This document shows, in pieces, positions 6,632 to 15,421 of a stretch of DNA of 64,000 nucleotides. The DNA is from Phycisphaeraceae bacterium. GTDB taxonomy: Bacteria; Planctomycetota; Phycisphaerae; Phycisphaerales; Phycisphaeraceae. A program made the translations under genes and the position numbers. The notes beneath the pieces were generated by a model that was not told the DNA's origin, did not search any database, and saw only the letters and a list, made by a program, of their open reading frames with translations. The DNA lies in the NCBI GenBank assembly GCA_046540025.1, contig JBKHFW010000010.1, forward strand, positions 2,845-66,844. The letters are read 5' to 3'. The stretch's first letter is position 1. Every line of letters begins with the position of its first letter.

Positions 6632-9329
6632 GACGCTCCGTCTCCTTCTCGCTTCGACAAGGCAGGGTAAAGATAAAGGTTGCTCCTTCCCCGGGTTGGC
6701 TGTGGGCGGTCAGCTCGCCGCCGTGGCGTTCGACGATCTTGCGGCAGACGGCGAGGCCCATGCCCGTGCCGGGGTACTCGCTTCGGCCGTGGAGACGCTG
6801 GAAGGGCTCGAACACCCGGCCGAGGTATTTTTCGTCAAACCCGATGCCGTTGTCCTCGACTTCGATTCGGCAGGATTCGCCGTGGTTGAGCGTTTCGCCG
6901 CGGATGGTGACGACGGGCGGGACGTCGGGCTTGCGGAACTTGATGGCGTTGGAGATCAGATTCTGCAGCAACTGGCGCATCTGCGTCGGGTCGGCCTGCA
7001 CGACGGGGAGGTGTTCGGCGTGGACGGTGCCCTCGGCGTCGCCGATCGTCACCTCGAGGTCGCTGAGCACGTTCCGGGCGATCTGGTTGAGATCGACCGG
7101 TTGGAACGCCTTGCCGCGGGTGGTGACGCGGGAGAAGGTGAGCAGATCGTTGATGAGCACCCGCATGCGGGCGGCGGCGTTGCGCATGCGCTCGAGGTAG
7201 TCGTGGCCGGTCTCGTCGAGGTTCTCGCCGAGGTGGCGGGCGAGCATGTCGCCGAAGCCCTGCACCTTGCGCAGCGGCTCCTGGAGGTCGTGCGAGGCGA
7301 TGTAGGCGAACTGCTCGAGCTCGCGGTTCGAGCTTTCCAGTGCGGCGGCGAGCTGGCGGAGCTGCTGAGTCTGCTTCTTCTGCGCGGTGGCGTCCCGGCC
7401 GACGGCGTAGGTGAGGCCCTCGCGCGGCGGGGCGGCGCGCCAGGAGATCCAGCGGTACTCGCCGCTCTTGTGCCGGTAGCGGTTCTCGAAGTCCAGCGTC
7501 GGCTCCCCCTCGGCAAGGCGGGCGAGCTCCTTGCGGGTGATCTCGTGGTCGTCGGGGTGCACGAAGTCGAAAAACGAGGCGCCTTCCAGCTCGCCCGGGC
7601 GATAGCCCAGCACCTTTTCGAAGGCCGGGTTCACCCCCACGAACCGGCCCTCCATGCTGGCGACGCAGAGCATGTCCAGCGAGAGGTCGAACAGGCGGTC
7701 GCGTTCCTCCTCCGCCTTGAGGCGCTCGGTGATGTCCTCAGCGATGCCCAGCACGTACCCCGGCTTGCCGCGGTCGTCGGGGAGGGTGACCTTACGCACG
7801 TGCAGCGTCCGGCGTCCCTTGGCCGGGCTGTAGACGTGCTCGCGCTCGACCTCGGTGGACCCGCTGTCCTCGTTGAGCAGGGCTTCGTCGACGCTGCGGA
7901 AGAACTCCGCCTCCTGCTCGGACCAGATGTCGTAGTCGGTCTTGCCCAGCACCTGGTCGCGCGGCCGACCCATGAGCTCCTCAGCCGAGCGGTTGATCAG
8001 CGTGTACGTGAAGTGGTCCGTCTCCTTGACGAACAGGATCAGCGGCAGGTTCTCGATGATCGAGTCGAGGAACAGCCGCATGCGGCGGAGATCCTGCTCG
8101 GCCTGCTTGCGCTCGGTGACGTCCTGGACGATGCCCTGGACGCCGGTGACGTGGCCGGCGGCGTCGGTGACGGGGGTTTTGATGATCTCCAGCAGCCGGT
8201 GACTGCCGTCGGGGCGCTGCCTCCGTTCGGTGTAGTTCAGCGCATGGCCGGACTCGAACACCCGGCGGTCGGTCTCCTGGTGCTGGAAGGCGATGGTGGG
8301 CGGGAACAGCTCGGGCTCGGTGCGCTTGCGCCACTGCTCGCGTTTGGACCAGCCCTCGAAGTCGCTCAGCCAGCGGTTGACGAAGATGACCCGGCTCTGG
8401 TCGTCCTTGCGGAACACGCCCATGGGCAGGGTGTCGACCAGGGACTGGTAGAGTTCCTGGGCGGAGCGCAGGGCCTCGGCGTAGCTCTGCCGCTCCTCAT
8501 CGAGCCGGTCGAGCCAGCGGGCGTTGAACCAGATGAGCATGACGAGGATGAAGCCGCTGATGACGGCGACGATGCCCATGGCGAAGGCGGTGTCGTAGCC
8601 GAACCGCCGGGCGCCGCTCAGGCTGAGCCAGCCCAGCACGAAGATGGCGCCCATGGCGGGCGGGATCAGCCGTCGGAACAGCCGGCCGCCGATGCTGTCG
8701 CGGGCGAGGACCTGTGCCGGCTCACGTTCGGGTCGGCCGAACAGGGCGGCGGTGGCGAGCAGCAGCGTCGCCAGGGCGGTGTTGGCGGGGACGTCGACCT
8801 GCCCGCCCATGCGGTAGAGCATGGCGCTCTGGTAGAAGTAGCCGATCAGCGGCAGCAGCGCCAGCCACCAGGCGGTCATCAGGCAGATCTGCGCCGGCCA
8901 ATACCCCGCTCGGCCGGGCAGTTCCATGAGCCAGAACCCCAGCGCGAGCAGCAGCAGCAGGGCGAGCGAGGTGATGCTGACGATGCCCAGCGGCCCGTCG
9001 AGGTCGTACAGCCCCAGGCCGCTGCGTCCGCCGGCGAGCAGGAGGAGGGCGAGCCCGGCTGCACCGGCGGCCGGCAGGCGCGCGAGCAGCCAGCCCCAGG
9101 TGCTCTTCGGCCGCGGGATGATGGCCGCGGCGGTGATCGTCAGCAGCAGCAGGGCGAGCGCGCTGCCCGGCCGGGTGGGCAGACCCGAGGGCACGAGAAA
9201 GGCGCCCAGCGCGAGGTTGCCCGTCTCCCAGCCGACGAGGGCAAGCATCGCGATCGCAGCGGCGAACGCGACGCACACCCACGCCGTCACGCGGAGCCAC
9301 CAGGCCAGGCTGAATCGTTCTTCGGACAT
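6624..9329 (-). CDS. membrane-bound multi-PAS sensor histidine kinase
   Basis: About 8 N-terminal TM segments are followed by several PAS-like repeats. HisKA (FAYIASHDLQEPLRK) and HATPase_c (DNGIGFD, GTGMGLAVCRKIV) are present. The start is taken at ATG 9329 (MSEERF); the track start at 9419 is also possible. It overlaps the downstream response regulator by 8 nt. Confidence 0.85.
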   Translation of the reverse strand: MSEERFSLAWWLRVTAWVCVAFAAAIAMLALVGWETGNLALGAFLVPSGLPTRPGSALALLLLTITAAAIIPRPKSTWGWLLARLPAAGAAGLALLLLAGGRSGLGLYDLDGPLGIVSITSLALLLLLALGFWLMELPGRAGYWPAQICLMTAWWLALLPLIGYFYQSAMLYRMGGQVDVPANTALATLLLATAALFGRPEREPAQVLARDSIGGRLFRRLIPPAMGAIFVLGWLSLSGARRFGYDTAFAMGIVAVISGFILVMLIWFNARWLDRLDEERQSYAEALRSAQELYQSLVDTLPMGVFRKDDQSRVIFVNRWLSDFEGWSKREQWRKRTEPELFPPTIAFQHQETDRRVFESGHALNYTERRQRPDGSHRLLEIIKTPVTDAAGHVTGVQGIVQDVTERKQAEQDLRRMRLFLDSIIENLPLILFVKETDHFTYTLINRSAEELMGRPRDQVLGKTDYDIWSEQEAEFFRSVDEALLNEDSGSTEVEREHVYSPAKGRRTLHVRKVTLPDDRGKPGYVLGIAEDITERLKAEEERDRLFDLSLDMLCVASMEGRFVGVNPAFEKVLGYRPGELEGASFFDFVHPDDHEITRKELARLAEGEPTLDFENRYRHKSGEYRWISWRAAPPREGLTYAVGRDATAQKKQTQQLRQLAAALESSNRELEQFAYIASHDLQEPLRKVQGFGDMLARHLGENLDETGHDYLERMRNAAARMRVLINDLLTFSRVTTRGKAFQPVDLNQIARNVLSDLEVTIGDAEGTVHAEHLPVVQADPTQMRQLLQNLISNAIKFRKPDVPPVVTIRGETLNHGESCRIEVEDNGIGFDEKYLGRVFEPFQRLHGRSEYPGTGMGLAVCRKIVERHGGELTAHSQPGEGATFIFTLPCRSEKETERHE

Positions 9330-9525
9330 GGTCGCGATTCGGGTCAGGGAATCGGTCGAGCGTCTGCACGAGTCTGCCGGACGCGGGGAGCGTGCCGGCC
9401 CCCGCTTCGTCGGCCGCACTGATCATAGGCGCGGGCCGGCGGCCGCTCGCGATCGAACCGCCGCCTTTCGAGCGGCGCGGCGGGGGATTCTGCGGGTCCC
9501 GCGCTGGTCGGGCCCGATGGCTGCC

Positions 9526-9531
9526 TACAAT
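9526..9531 (+). promoter_or_regulatory. TACAAT -10 candidate upstream of the GH130 gene
   Basis: It lies 37 nt upstream of ATG 9569. GGAGGA lies between them. Confidence 0.35.
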
Positions 9532-9568
9532 CCGGGCGTACCGTGATGCCCGAGTCGTGGAGGATGAG

Positions 9569-11113
9569 ATGAACCCCGATCCCGCGGACACGCCGAACGC
9601 CGGCCAGCGGCAGCACCTGGCGGTGGGTGGGGAGCGTCCGCCCGGCCGCGTGAAGTCGGAAGAGCCCGTGCGCGTCGTCCGCCGCCCCGAGCGGGTGGAG
9701 TCGGACGACAAGCGGGTGATCACCCGTCCCTTCGAGCACAACTTTCGGCGGGCGCGGTCCATTCTCAGCCGGGCGCTGCGGCTGAGCGACGCCGAGGCGG
9801 CGGAGCTGCTCGATCTGACCCGGCAGAAGTTCTCCGCCCGGCATCGCAACCTCGACCGGGTGTTTCTCGAGAATTTCGAAGCGGTGTCGCCGTTCGTCGA
9901 CGATCCTTCGGAGATCAGCGAGACCCGCCGCAAGCTGATCGGCGCGTATTTCACGATGGAGTACTCGATCGAGTCGGCGGCGATCTTCAACCCCTCGCTC
10001 GTGCCGCACCCGGACCAGACGGGCGTGCCGGCCGGGGCGGTGCGGGTGCTGATGAGCCTGCGTGCGGTGGGGGAGGGGCACCTCAGCTCGATCGTCTTCC
10101 GCCAGGCGGTGGTGACGCGGGAGGGGGCGATCCACTTCGACCCGCCGCCGGAGTACGCCTCCTGGGCCCGCCCGGCCGCGTGGCCGGAGTATAACAAGCG
10201 CCGGTTCATGCGCAAGCTGCTGCGGATTCAGCCGCACCTCTCCGTCCTGCGCAAGGTGTTCGACCGGCTGCCCGACCCGTTCACCCTCGCCGAGCTGGAC
10301 GCGGCGGTGACCGCGCTCCAGGAGGGCGGGGCGGGGACGATGTATCGGCCGATCGCCAAGGAGATCCTCTGGCTCGCCAACGCCCACTACACGCTGCAGT
10401 TCCCTCGCCAGGGCCGGGCCGAGGAGACGGTCATCTTCCCCGCCACCGATCACGAGCGGCGGGGCATGGAGGACCTGCGCCTGGTACGCTTCGTGGATGA
10501 CGACGGGCAGGTCCGCTACCACGGGACGTACACCGCCTACGACGGGCAGCGCTCGCTGCCGATGCTGATGAGCACGGTGGACTTCAACCACTTCGACATT
10601 CGCCCCCTCGGCGGGCGATACGTCAAGGACAAGGGGATGGCCCTGTTCCCGCGGAAGGTGAACGGGCAGTACCTGATGATCTCCCGCCACGACGGGGAGA
10701 ACCTCTACCTCCTGCGCTCGGAGGACCTCGAGTTCTGGGACGAGGGGCAGCAGATCCAGGCCCCGGTCGAGCCGTGGGAACTGGTGCAGATCGGCAACAG
10801 CGGCTCACCCATCGAAACCGACGCCGGCTGGCTGCTGCTTACCCACGGCGTCGGGCCGGTGCGAGAATATTCGCTCGGAGCCATCCTGCTCGACCGCAAC
10901 GACCCGTCGCAGGTGATCGGCCGACTGCGCAAGCCGCTGCTCGCCCCGACGACCGAAGAGCGCGAGGGCTACGTGCCCAACGTCGTCTACACCTGCGGGG
11001 CGCTGCTCCACGATGACAAGCTGATCCTGCCCTACGCGATGTCCGACGTCTCGACCCGCTTCGCCTACGTGCACCTCTCGGAGCTGCTCGAAGAGCTCCG
11101 AAACGGGGCGTAG
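9569..11113 (+). CDS. GH130-family glycosidase/phosphorylase with an N-terminal extension of about 280 aa
   Basis: The C-terminal half carries GH130-like motifs (YHGTYTAYDG, LFPRKVNGQYLMISR, GSPIETDAGWLLLTHGVG, YSLGAILLDRNDP, VPNVVYTCG). The start is at an ATG with GGAGGA 5 nt upstream. Confidence 0.8.
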   Translation: MNPDPADTPNAGQRQHLAVGGERPPGRVKSEEPVRVVRRPERVESDDKRVITRPFEHNFRRARSILSRALRLSDAEAAELLDLTRQKFSARHRNLDRVFLENFEAVSPFVDDPSEISETRRKLIGAYFTMEYSIESAAIFNPSLVPHPDQTGVPAGAVRVLMSLRAVGEGHLSSIVFRQAVVTREGAIHFDPPPEYASWARPAAWPEYNKRRFMRKLLRIQPHLSVLRKVFDRLPDPFTLAELDAAVTALQEGGAGTMYRPIAKEILWLANAHYTLQFPRQGRAEETVIFPATDHERRGMEDLRLVRFVDDDGQVRYHGTYTAYDGQRSLPMLMSTVDFNHFDIRPLGGRYVKDKGMALFPRKVNGQYLMISRHDGENLYLLRSEDLEFWDEGQQIQAPVEPWELVQIGNSGSPIETDAGWLLLTHGVGPVREYSLGAILLDRNDPSQVIGRLRKPLLAPTTEEREGYVPNVVYTCGALLHDDKLILPYAMSDVSTRFAYVHLSELLEELRNGA

Positions 11114-11294
11114 ACGTATGGCGGGCGCTTCGAATCAGGGTGGTGCGGCTTGCCTGCAAGCCGTGTGGAACGCCCTGCGGGCTGATGCTTGTCGTGCGCT
11201 TTACGGGGCGGTGGCGTGGGCCATCGGCTCGCGCTGGTCCAGGCGGTTGGCGGGTGACGGGCACCCCGGTCTGCCACGGCCTGCAATGAGTCAC

Positions 11295-11335
11295 GAAAAA
11301 GGCCCCGACCGAAGCCGGGGCCTTTTCGTTTTTCA
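11295..11335. terminator. bidirectional intrinsic terminator between the GH130 gene and asd
   Basis: The sequence is AAAAA-GGCCCCG-ACCGAAG-CCGGGGCC-TTTTCGTTTTT. Confidence 0.75.
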
Positions 11336-11350
11336 GCGGGGTCGCCTGAT

Positions 11351-12427
11351 TCAGACCAGCAGTTCCGCGATCTGCACGGCGTTGAGGGCCGCGCCCTTGC
11401 GGACCTGGTCGCCGCAGATGAACATCGCCAGGCCCTTTTCGCCCTGGCTGACGTCCTGGCGGATGCGGCCGACGTAGACGTCGTCCCTGTCGCTGGCGAC
11501 GAGCGGGGTGGGGAAGTCGTTGGCCTCGCGGTTGTCGATCAGCGAGACGCCGGGTGCCTGGCTGAGGATTTCGCGGGCCTCGTCCTCGGTCAGCGGCTTC
11601 TCGAGTTCGAGGGTGATGCTCTCGGCGTGGGCCCGCATGACCGGGACGCGGACGCAGGTGGCGGTGACGCCCACCGCCTTGGTGTCCCAGATCTTGTAGG
11701 TCTCGTTGACCATCTTCATTTCCTCTTCGTTGTAGCCGTTGTCCCCGATGGGGGAGTTGTGGCTGAAGAGGTTGAAGGCGTACTGGAACGGGAAGATGTC
11801 CATGGTCACCGGGTCGCCGGCGAGCACGTCGCGGGTCTGCTGTTCGAGCTCGCGCATGGCGGCGGCGCCGGCGCCGCTGGCGGCCTGGTAGGTGCTCACG
11901 ACCATTCGCCTGACGCCCGCCGCCTGGTGGATCGGGTGGACGGCGACGAGCATGATGATGGTCGAGCAGTTGGGGTTGGCGATGATGCCCGGCTTTTCGC
12001 CGAGGGCGATGCCGGAGGCCTTCACCGCCTCGGGGTTCACTTCCGGCACGACCAGCGGCACGCCGTCGGTCATGCGGAACGCGGAGGAGTTGTCCACCAC
12101 GACCGCGCCGGCGTCGACGGCGATGGGGCCGAACTTGCGGCTGATCGACCCGCCGGCGCTGAACAGCGCCAGATCCACCCCCTTGAAGCTGTCCTCGGTG
12201 AGTTCCTCGATGGTGTACTCGCGGCCCTTGAAGGTCGTCTTCTTACCCGCGCTGCGGGCGGAAGCGAGCATCTTCAGTTCGCCGATGGGGAAGTCGCGCT
12301 CTTCGAGCACGCGGAGGAACTCCTGCCCGACGGCCCCGGTCACGCCGGCGATGGCCACGGTGGGCTTGCTGACGCGCGAAGCGGCGGAGGAGGCGGGGGC
12401 AGACGATGACTGCGTGGATTGACTCAT
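11351..12427 (-). CDS. asd: aspartate-semialdehyde dehydrogenase
   Basis: An N-terminal GVTGAVGQEF motif and the active-site block IANPNCSTIIM are present. The product is 358 aa. Confidence 0.93.
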   Translation of the reverse strand: MSQSTQSSSAPASSAASRVSKPTVAIAGVTGAVGQEFLRVLEERDFPIGELKMLASARSAGKKTTFKGREYTIEELTEDSFKGVDLALFSAGGSISRKFGPIAVDAGAVVVDNSSAFRMTDGVPLVVPEVNPEAVKASGIALGEKPGIIANPNCSTIIMLVAVHPIHQAAGVRRMVVSTYQAASGAGAAAMRELEQQTRDVLAGDPVTMDIFPFQYAFNLFSHNSPIGDNGYNEEEMKMVNETYKIWDTKAVGVTATCVRVPVMRAHAESITLELEKPLTEDEAREILSQAPGVSLIDNREANDFPTPLVASDRDDVYVGRIRQDVSQGEKGLAMFICGDQVRKGAALNAVQIAELLV

Positions 12428-12478
12428 GGTCCTCGGTTCTCGTGTTCAAAAGGGGATCACGGGATGCGCAGAGCCCCC

Positions 12479-12484
12479 ATTATA
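12479..12484 (-). promoter_or_regulatory. TATAAT -10 candidate for asd
   Basis: TATAAT on the minus strand lies about 50 nt upstream of the asd ATG. GAGGAC is the SD. Confidence 0.4.
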
Positions 12485-12549
12485 GCGATTGTCAGCGAAA
12501 AGAAGTTCGGGAATGTCCGAAGTCGTCTGCAAGAGGCGGTTTGCGCCGC

Positions 12550-13473
12550 TCAGCTTCCCACCATCTCGACGATCGAATCGGGCAGCTCGGGCGTCGCGCC
12601 GGGCTGGCTGGCGACGAACGCGCCGCAGTGGTTGGCGAGGGTGGCGATGGCCCGGGGATCCATCCGCATCACCCGGCCGACCAGCACGGCGGCGGCCGCG
12701 GCGTCGCCCGCGCCGACCGGGTCGGCGTCCTCGGCCTGGGGGTACTCGGCCGGCTCGCCCTCGACGGCCGTCTCGCCGGCATAGATCATCGTTCCCCGCT
12801 CGCCCCGGGTGAGCACGAGCAGGTCGAGCCGGTACCGCCTGGAGAGCTTGCGGGCGAGGGAGTCCGCGTCACCGCCCGCGCCCAGGCCGAGCTGACCGGC
12901 CACTTCGGGCAGCTCGCTCTCGCTGAGCTTGACGATGCTGGCCCGGTCGCAGCTTCGGTCGAGGATGCGCTGGTCGCCGTAGCTCGCGCGGAGGTTGACG
13001 TCGAGCAGGCGCACGGCCCGGCGGGCGGTGTCGAGGAAGCGGTAGATCGTGTTGCGGGCCTGGGCGTCGCGCTGGGCGAGCGTGCCGAAGCAGACCCCCG
13101 CGCAGGTCATGGCGAGGTCCTCGAGGTCGAAGTCGTACTGCAGCACGTCCCACGCCGCGCCCTCGACGATCTCGAAGCGGGGTTCGCCACCGGGCGCGAA
13201 GTCGACGTACACCCGCCCGGTGGGGCGGTCGGGGTCGGTCTGGATGTACTGGGTCTCCAGCCCGCGCTCCTCGAGCTCGCGCAGGAGCAGTTCGCCCAGG
13301 CGGTCCTGGCCCACCCGGCTGACCAGGGCGGCGCGGCCGCCGCGGGGCGCGCTGAGGCGGTGGGCGTGGACGGCGACGTTGAGCGGCGCCCCGCCGAGGC
13401 GCTGCTGGCCGGGGAACAGGTCGAAAAGGGCTTCGCCGAGCCCGACGAAGGTGTAGCGCGGCTCCTGGATCAT
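12550..13473 (-). CDS. PfkB-family carbohydrate kinase (fructokinase-like)
   Basis: An N-terminal GEALFDLF...GGAPLNVA block and a C-terminal DPVGAGDA motif are present. Confidence 0.85.
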   Translation of the reverse strand: MIQEPRYTFVGLGEALFDLFPGQQRLGGAPLNVAVHAHRLSAPRGGRAALVSRVGQDRLGELLLRELEERGLETQYIQTDPDRPTGRVYVDFAPGGEPRFEIVEGAAWDVLQYDFDLEDLAMTCAGVCFGTLAQRDAQARNTIYRFLDTARRAVRLLDVNLRASYGDQRILDRSCDRASIVKLSESELPEVAGQLGLGAGGDADSLARKLSRRYRLDLLVLTRGERGTMIYAGETAVEGEPAEYPQAEDADPVGAGDAAAAAVLVGRVMRMDPRAIATLANHCGAFVASQPGATPELPDSIVEMVGS

Positions 13474-13564
13474 GACAGCGAATCCTAGCAGAACGCATCC
13501 GCCGAGGCTGCCCCGGCTGCCGGACGCGGTGGGATCGGTGCTGTCCCGGCTGGCAACGCGGCTC

Positions 13565-13570
13565 TACAAT
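13565..13570 (+). promoter_or_regulatory. TACAAT -10 hexamer 6 nt upstream of ATG 13577
   Basis: The sequence is TACAAT-CGCGGC-ATG. This is the same geometry as at polA, thyA and nuoA. Confidence 0.4.
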
Positions 13571-13576
13571 CGCGGC

Positions 13577-13823
13577 ATGAGACGCACCCTTCCGGCTCGG
13601 TGGCTGGTGCTGGCCCTGCTGCTGACCGTGGCGGGGACGGGGCCGGCTATCGTCCGGGAGGCGGGGGGTGTACGTCGAGGACTCCCCGGCCGCGGCGGAC
13701 GGCGAGCGGTGGGTGCTCGTGCCGGTCGGAGGAAACGGGCCGGCGCGGTCAGCGGAGCCTTTGCTCCAAAGGGGGGCAGCGACTAGGATGCCTCCTTCTC
13801 TCAGACAACTGGAGGAGCCATGA
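13577..13823 (+). other. candidate small secreted-protein ORF in two reading frames joined at a G6 tract; its stop overlaps the glyA ATG
   Basis: The first frame (13577-13667) encodes MRRTLPARWLVLALLLTVAGTGPAIVREAG. After G6 (13663-13668) the high-GC3 signal moves to the next frame (VYVEDSPAAADGERWVLVPVGG...). That frame ends at TGA 13821-13823, inside ATGA of glyA. Confidence 0.3.
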
Positions 13824-15094
13824 GCGAGATCACGACGTCCGACGTGACGCGCCCGGAGATCGCCGAGCAGGACCCGCAGATGTGGCAGCTCATTGCCCGT
13901 GAGCAGCAGCGGCAGGAGACCACGCTCGAGCTGATTGCCAGCGAAAACCACACCAGCCCCGCGGTGATGGCCGCGATGGGCACGGTTTTGACCAACAAAT
14001 ACGCCGAGGGCTACCCCGGCGCCCGCTACTACGGCGGCTGCGAATATCACGACCAGATCGAGCAGCTTGCCATCGACCGGGCGAAGGAGCTGTTCGGCTG
14101 CGAGTTCGCCAACGTGCAGCCCCACGCCGGCGCGAACGCGAACACCGCGGCGTTCATGAGCGTGCTCAAGCCCGGCGACACGGTGCTGAGCCTGCCCATC
14201 GCCTCGGGCGGCCACCTCAGCCACGGCCTGAAGGTGAACTTCTCGGGCCACTTCTACCACATCGTCGACTATCGGCTCGACCCCGACAGCGAGCAGATCG
14301 ACTACGAGCACGTTCGCGCCCAGGCCCTCGAGCACAAGCCGAAGATGATCATCTGCGGCTACTCGGCCTACCCGCGCGAGATCGATTTCGCGAAGTTCCG
14401 CGAGATCGCCGACGAGGTCGGTGCGACGCTGATGGCGGACATCGCCCACATTGCCGGCCTGGTCGCCGCGGGCGTGCATCCCTCGCCGTTCCCGCACGCC
14501 CACATCGTCACCACGACGACGCACAAGACCCTCCGCGGGCCGCGCGGCGGGCTGATCCTGACGAGCGACCCGGACCTGGCGAAGATGATCAACCGCCGAG
14601 TGTTCCCCGGCACGCAGGGCGGGCCGCTGATGCACGTCATCGCCGCCAAGGCGATCGCGTTCGGCGAAGCGCTCAGGCCCGAGTTCAAGGACTACGCCAG
14701 GCAGGTCGTCGCCAACGCCCAGGCGCTGGCGAAGGGCCTGACCGAGCGCGGCTACCGCCTCGTTTCGGGCGGCACGGACAACCATTTGATGCTGGTGGAC
14801 CTTCAGCCCAAGGCGGAGGACCTCACCGGCGCCGACGCCGAGCAGTGGCTCGAGGCGGCGGGGATCATCTCCAACAAGAACGGCATCCCTAACGATCCGC
14901 GTCCGCCGAAGGTGACCAGCGGGCTGCGTCTGGGCACCCCGGCGACGACGACGCGCGGGCTCAAGGAAGCCGAGATGGAGAAAATCGCCGAGTGGATCGA
15001 CCGCGTGCTCACGGCCCGCGGCGAGGAGTCGGTGGTGAAGCAGGTTCGCCAGCAGGTGAAGGACCTGTGTGAGCAGTTCCGCATGCCGCACTGA
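13820..15094 (+). CDS. glyA: serine hydroxymethyltransferase
   Basis: The product is 424 aa. Motifs [25 protein letters not shown] and [14 protein letters not shown] (PLP lysine) are present. GGAGGA is the SD. Confidence 0.95.
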   Translation: MSEITTSDVTRPEIAEQDPQMWQLIAREQQRQETTLELIASENHTSPAVMAAMGTVLTNKYAEGYPGARYYGGCEYHDQIEQLAIDRAKELFGCEFANVQPHAGANANTAAFMSVLKPGDTVLSLPIASGGHLSHGLKVNFSGHFYHIVDYRLDPDSEQIDYEHVRAQALEHKPKMIICGYSAYPREIDFAKFREIADEVGATLMADIAHIAGLVAAGVHPSPFPHAHIVTTTTHKTLRGPRGGLILTSDPDLAKMINRRVFPGTQGGPLMHVIAAKAIAFGEALRPEFKDYARQVVANAQALAKGLTERGYRLVSGGTDNHLMLVDLQPKAEDLTGADAEQWLEAAGIISNKNGIPNDPRPPKVTSGLRLGTPATTTRGLKEAEMEKIAEWIDRVLTARGEESVVKQVRQQVKDLCEQFRMPH

Positions 15095-15266
15095 CGGCTC
15101 GGACAACCTGGTTCAGCGTCACGCTCCGCGTTGCGCTCGCGGCTCGAGTCGGCGGCCTGAAAAGGCCCCCTCGCCGCTGAGCGCTGCGGAGCGTGCTTTT
15201 GCGCGGGCCGGGCGGGTGACGCGCCCGGGGGGGCGCACTTCCATGCGGTGCTGTTGCGGGGAGGGG

Positions 15267-15294
15267 CACACAGCATGGCAATGCGGGCTGTGTG
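15267..15294. repeat. hairpin CACACAGC-N12-GCTGTGTG (copy 1 of 2)
   Basis: It has an 8-bp stem in the glyA/GH1 intergenic region. The same stem sequence recurs at 37249-37276. Confidence 0.4.
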
Positions 15295-15421
15295 TGACTC
15301 GCCCGGGCGTCGAGGCGTCGATCGGTCTGAGCTTCGTGCCCTTCTCGGTGCCTTCGTGTCTGCGTGGTTCCTCCGCCGCCCCGCGTTGCGGCCTCGCCCG
15401 CTCGGCGGTAATCTGCCCGAT

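Noticed and set aside
11114-11294. A possible sRNA (SRP, 6S or tmRNA-like) in the 235-bp GH130/asd spacer that ends in a strong terminator. It includes the hairpin CGGCTTG-CCTG-CAAGCCG at 11146-11163.
   Set aside because: It matches none of the conserved SRP, 6S, tmRNA or RNase P motifs I can recall. The terminator is explained by the flanking convergent genes. It remains unverified rather than disproven.
13474-13819. A possible ZTP (pfl), THF or T-box type riboswitch upstream of glyA.
   Set aside because: I could not find the conserved ZTP cores (GGGTCGTG..., CCGCCTGGGC) or any other riboswitch consensus I know. The region is better explained by the small ORF and leader. A cmscan would be decisive.
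12869-15106. Very long ORFs antisense to real genes. Examples are 12869..15106(-), 32300..35719(-), 41309..43729(-), 15119..17092(-), 20023..21954(-), 58511..60613(-), 61966..63903(-), 616..1812(-) and 6492..9422(+).
   Set aside because: They mirror well-supported genes on the other strand. Their products are Arg/Pro/Gly/Ala-rich and of low complexity, with no motifs. This is the stop-codon-poor antisense frame expected in high-GC DNA.
15095-15421. ORF 15069..15425 (118 aa) and other 60-120 aa ORFs in intergenic spacers, such as 24270..24491 and 48560..48826.
   Set aside because: They are Cys/Arg/Ser-rich with mixed GC3. They have no SD or promoter geometry and no recognisable motif.
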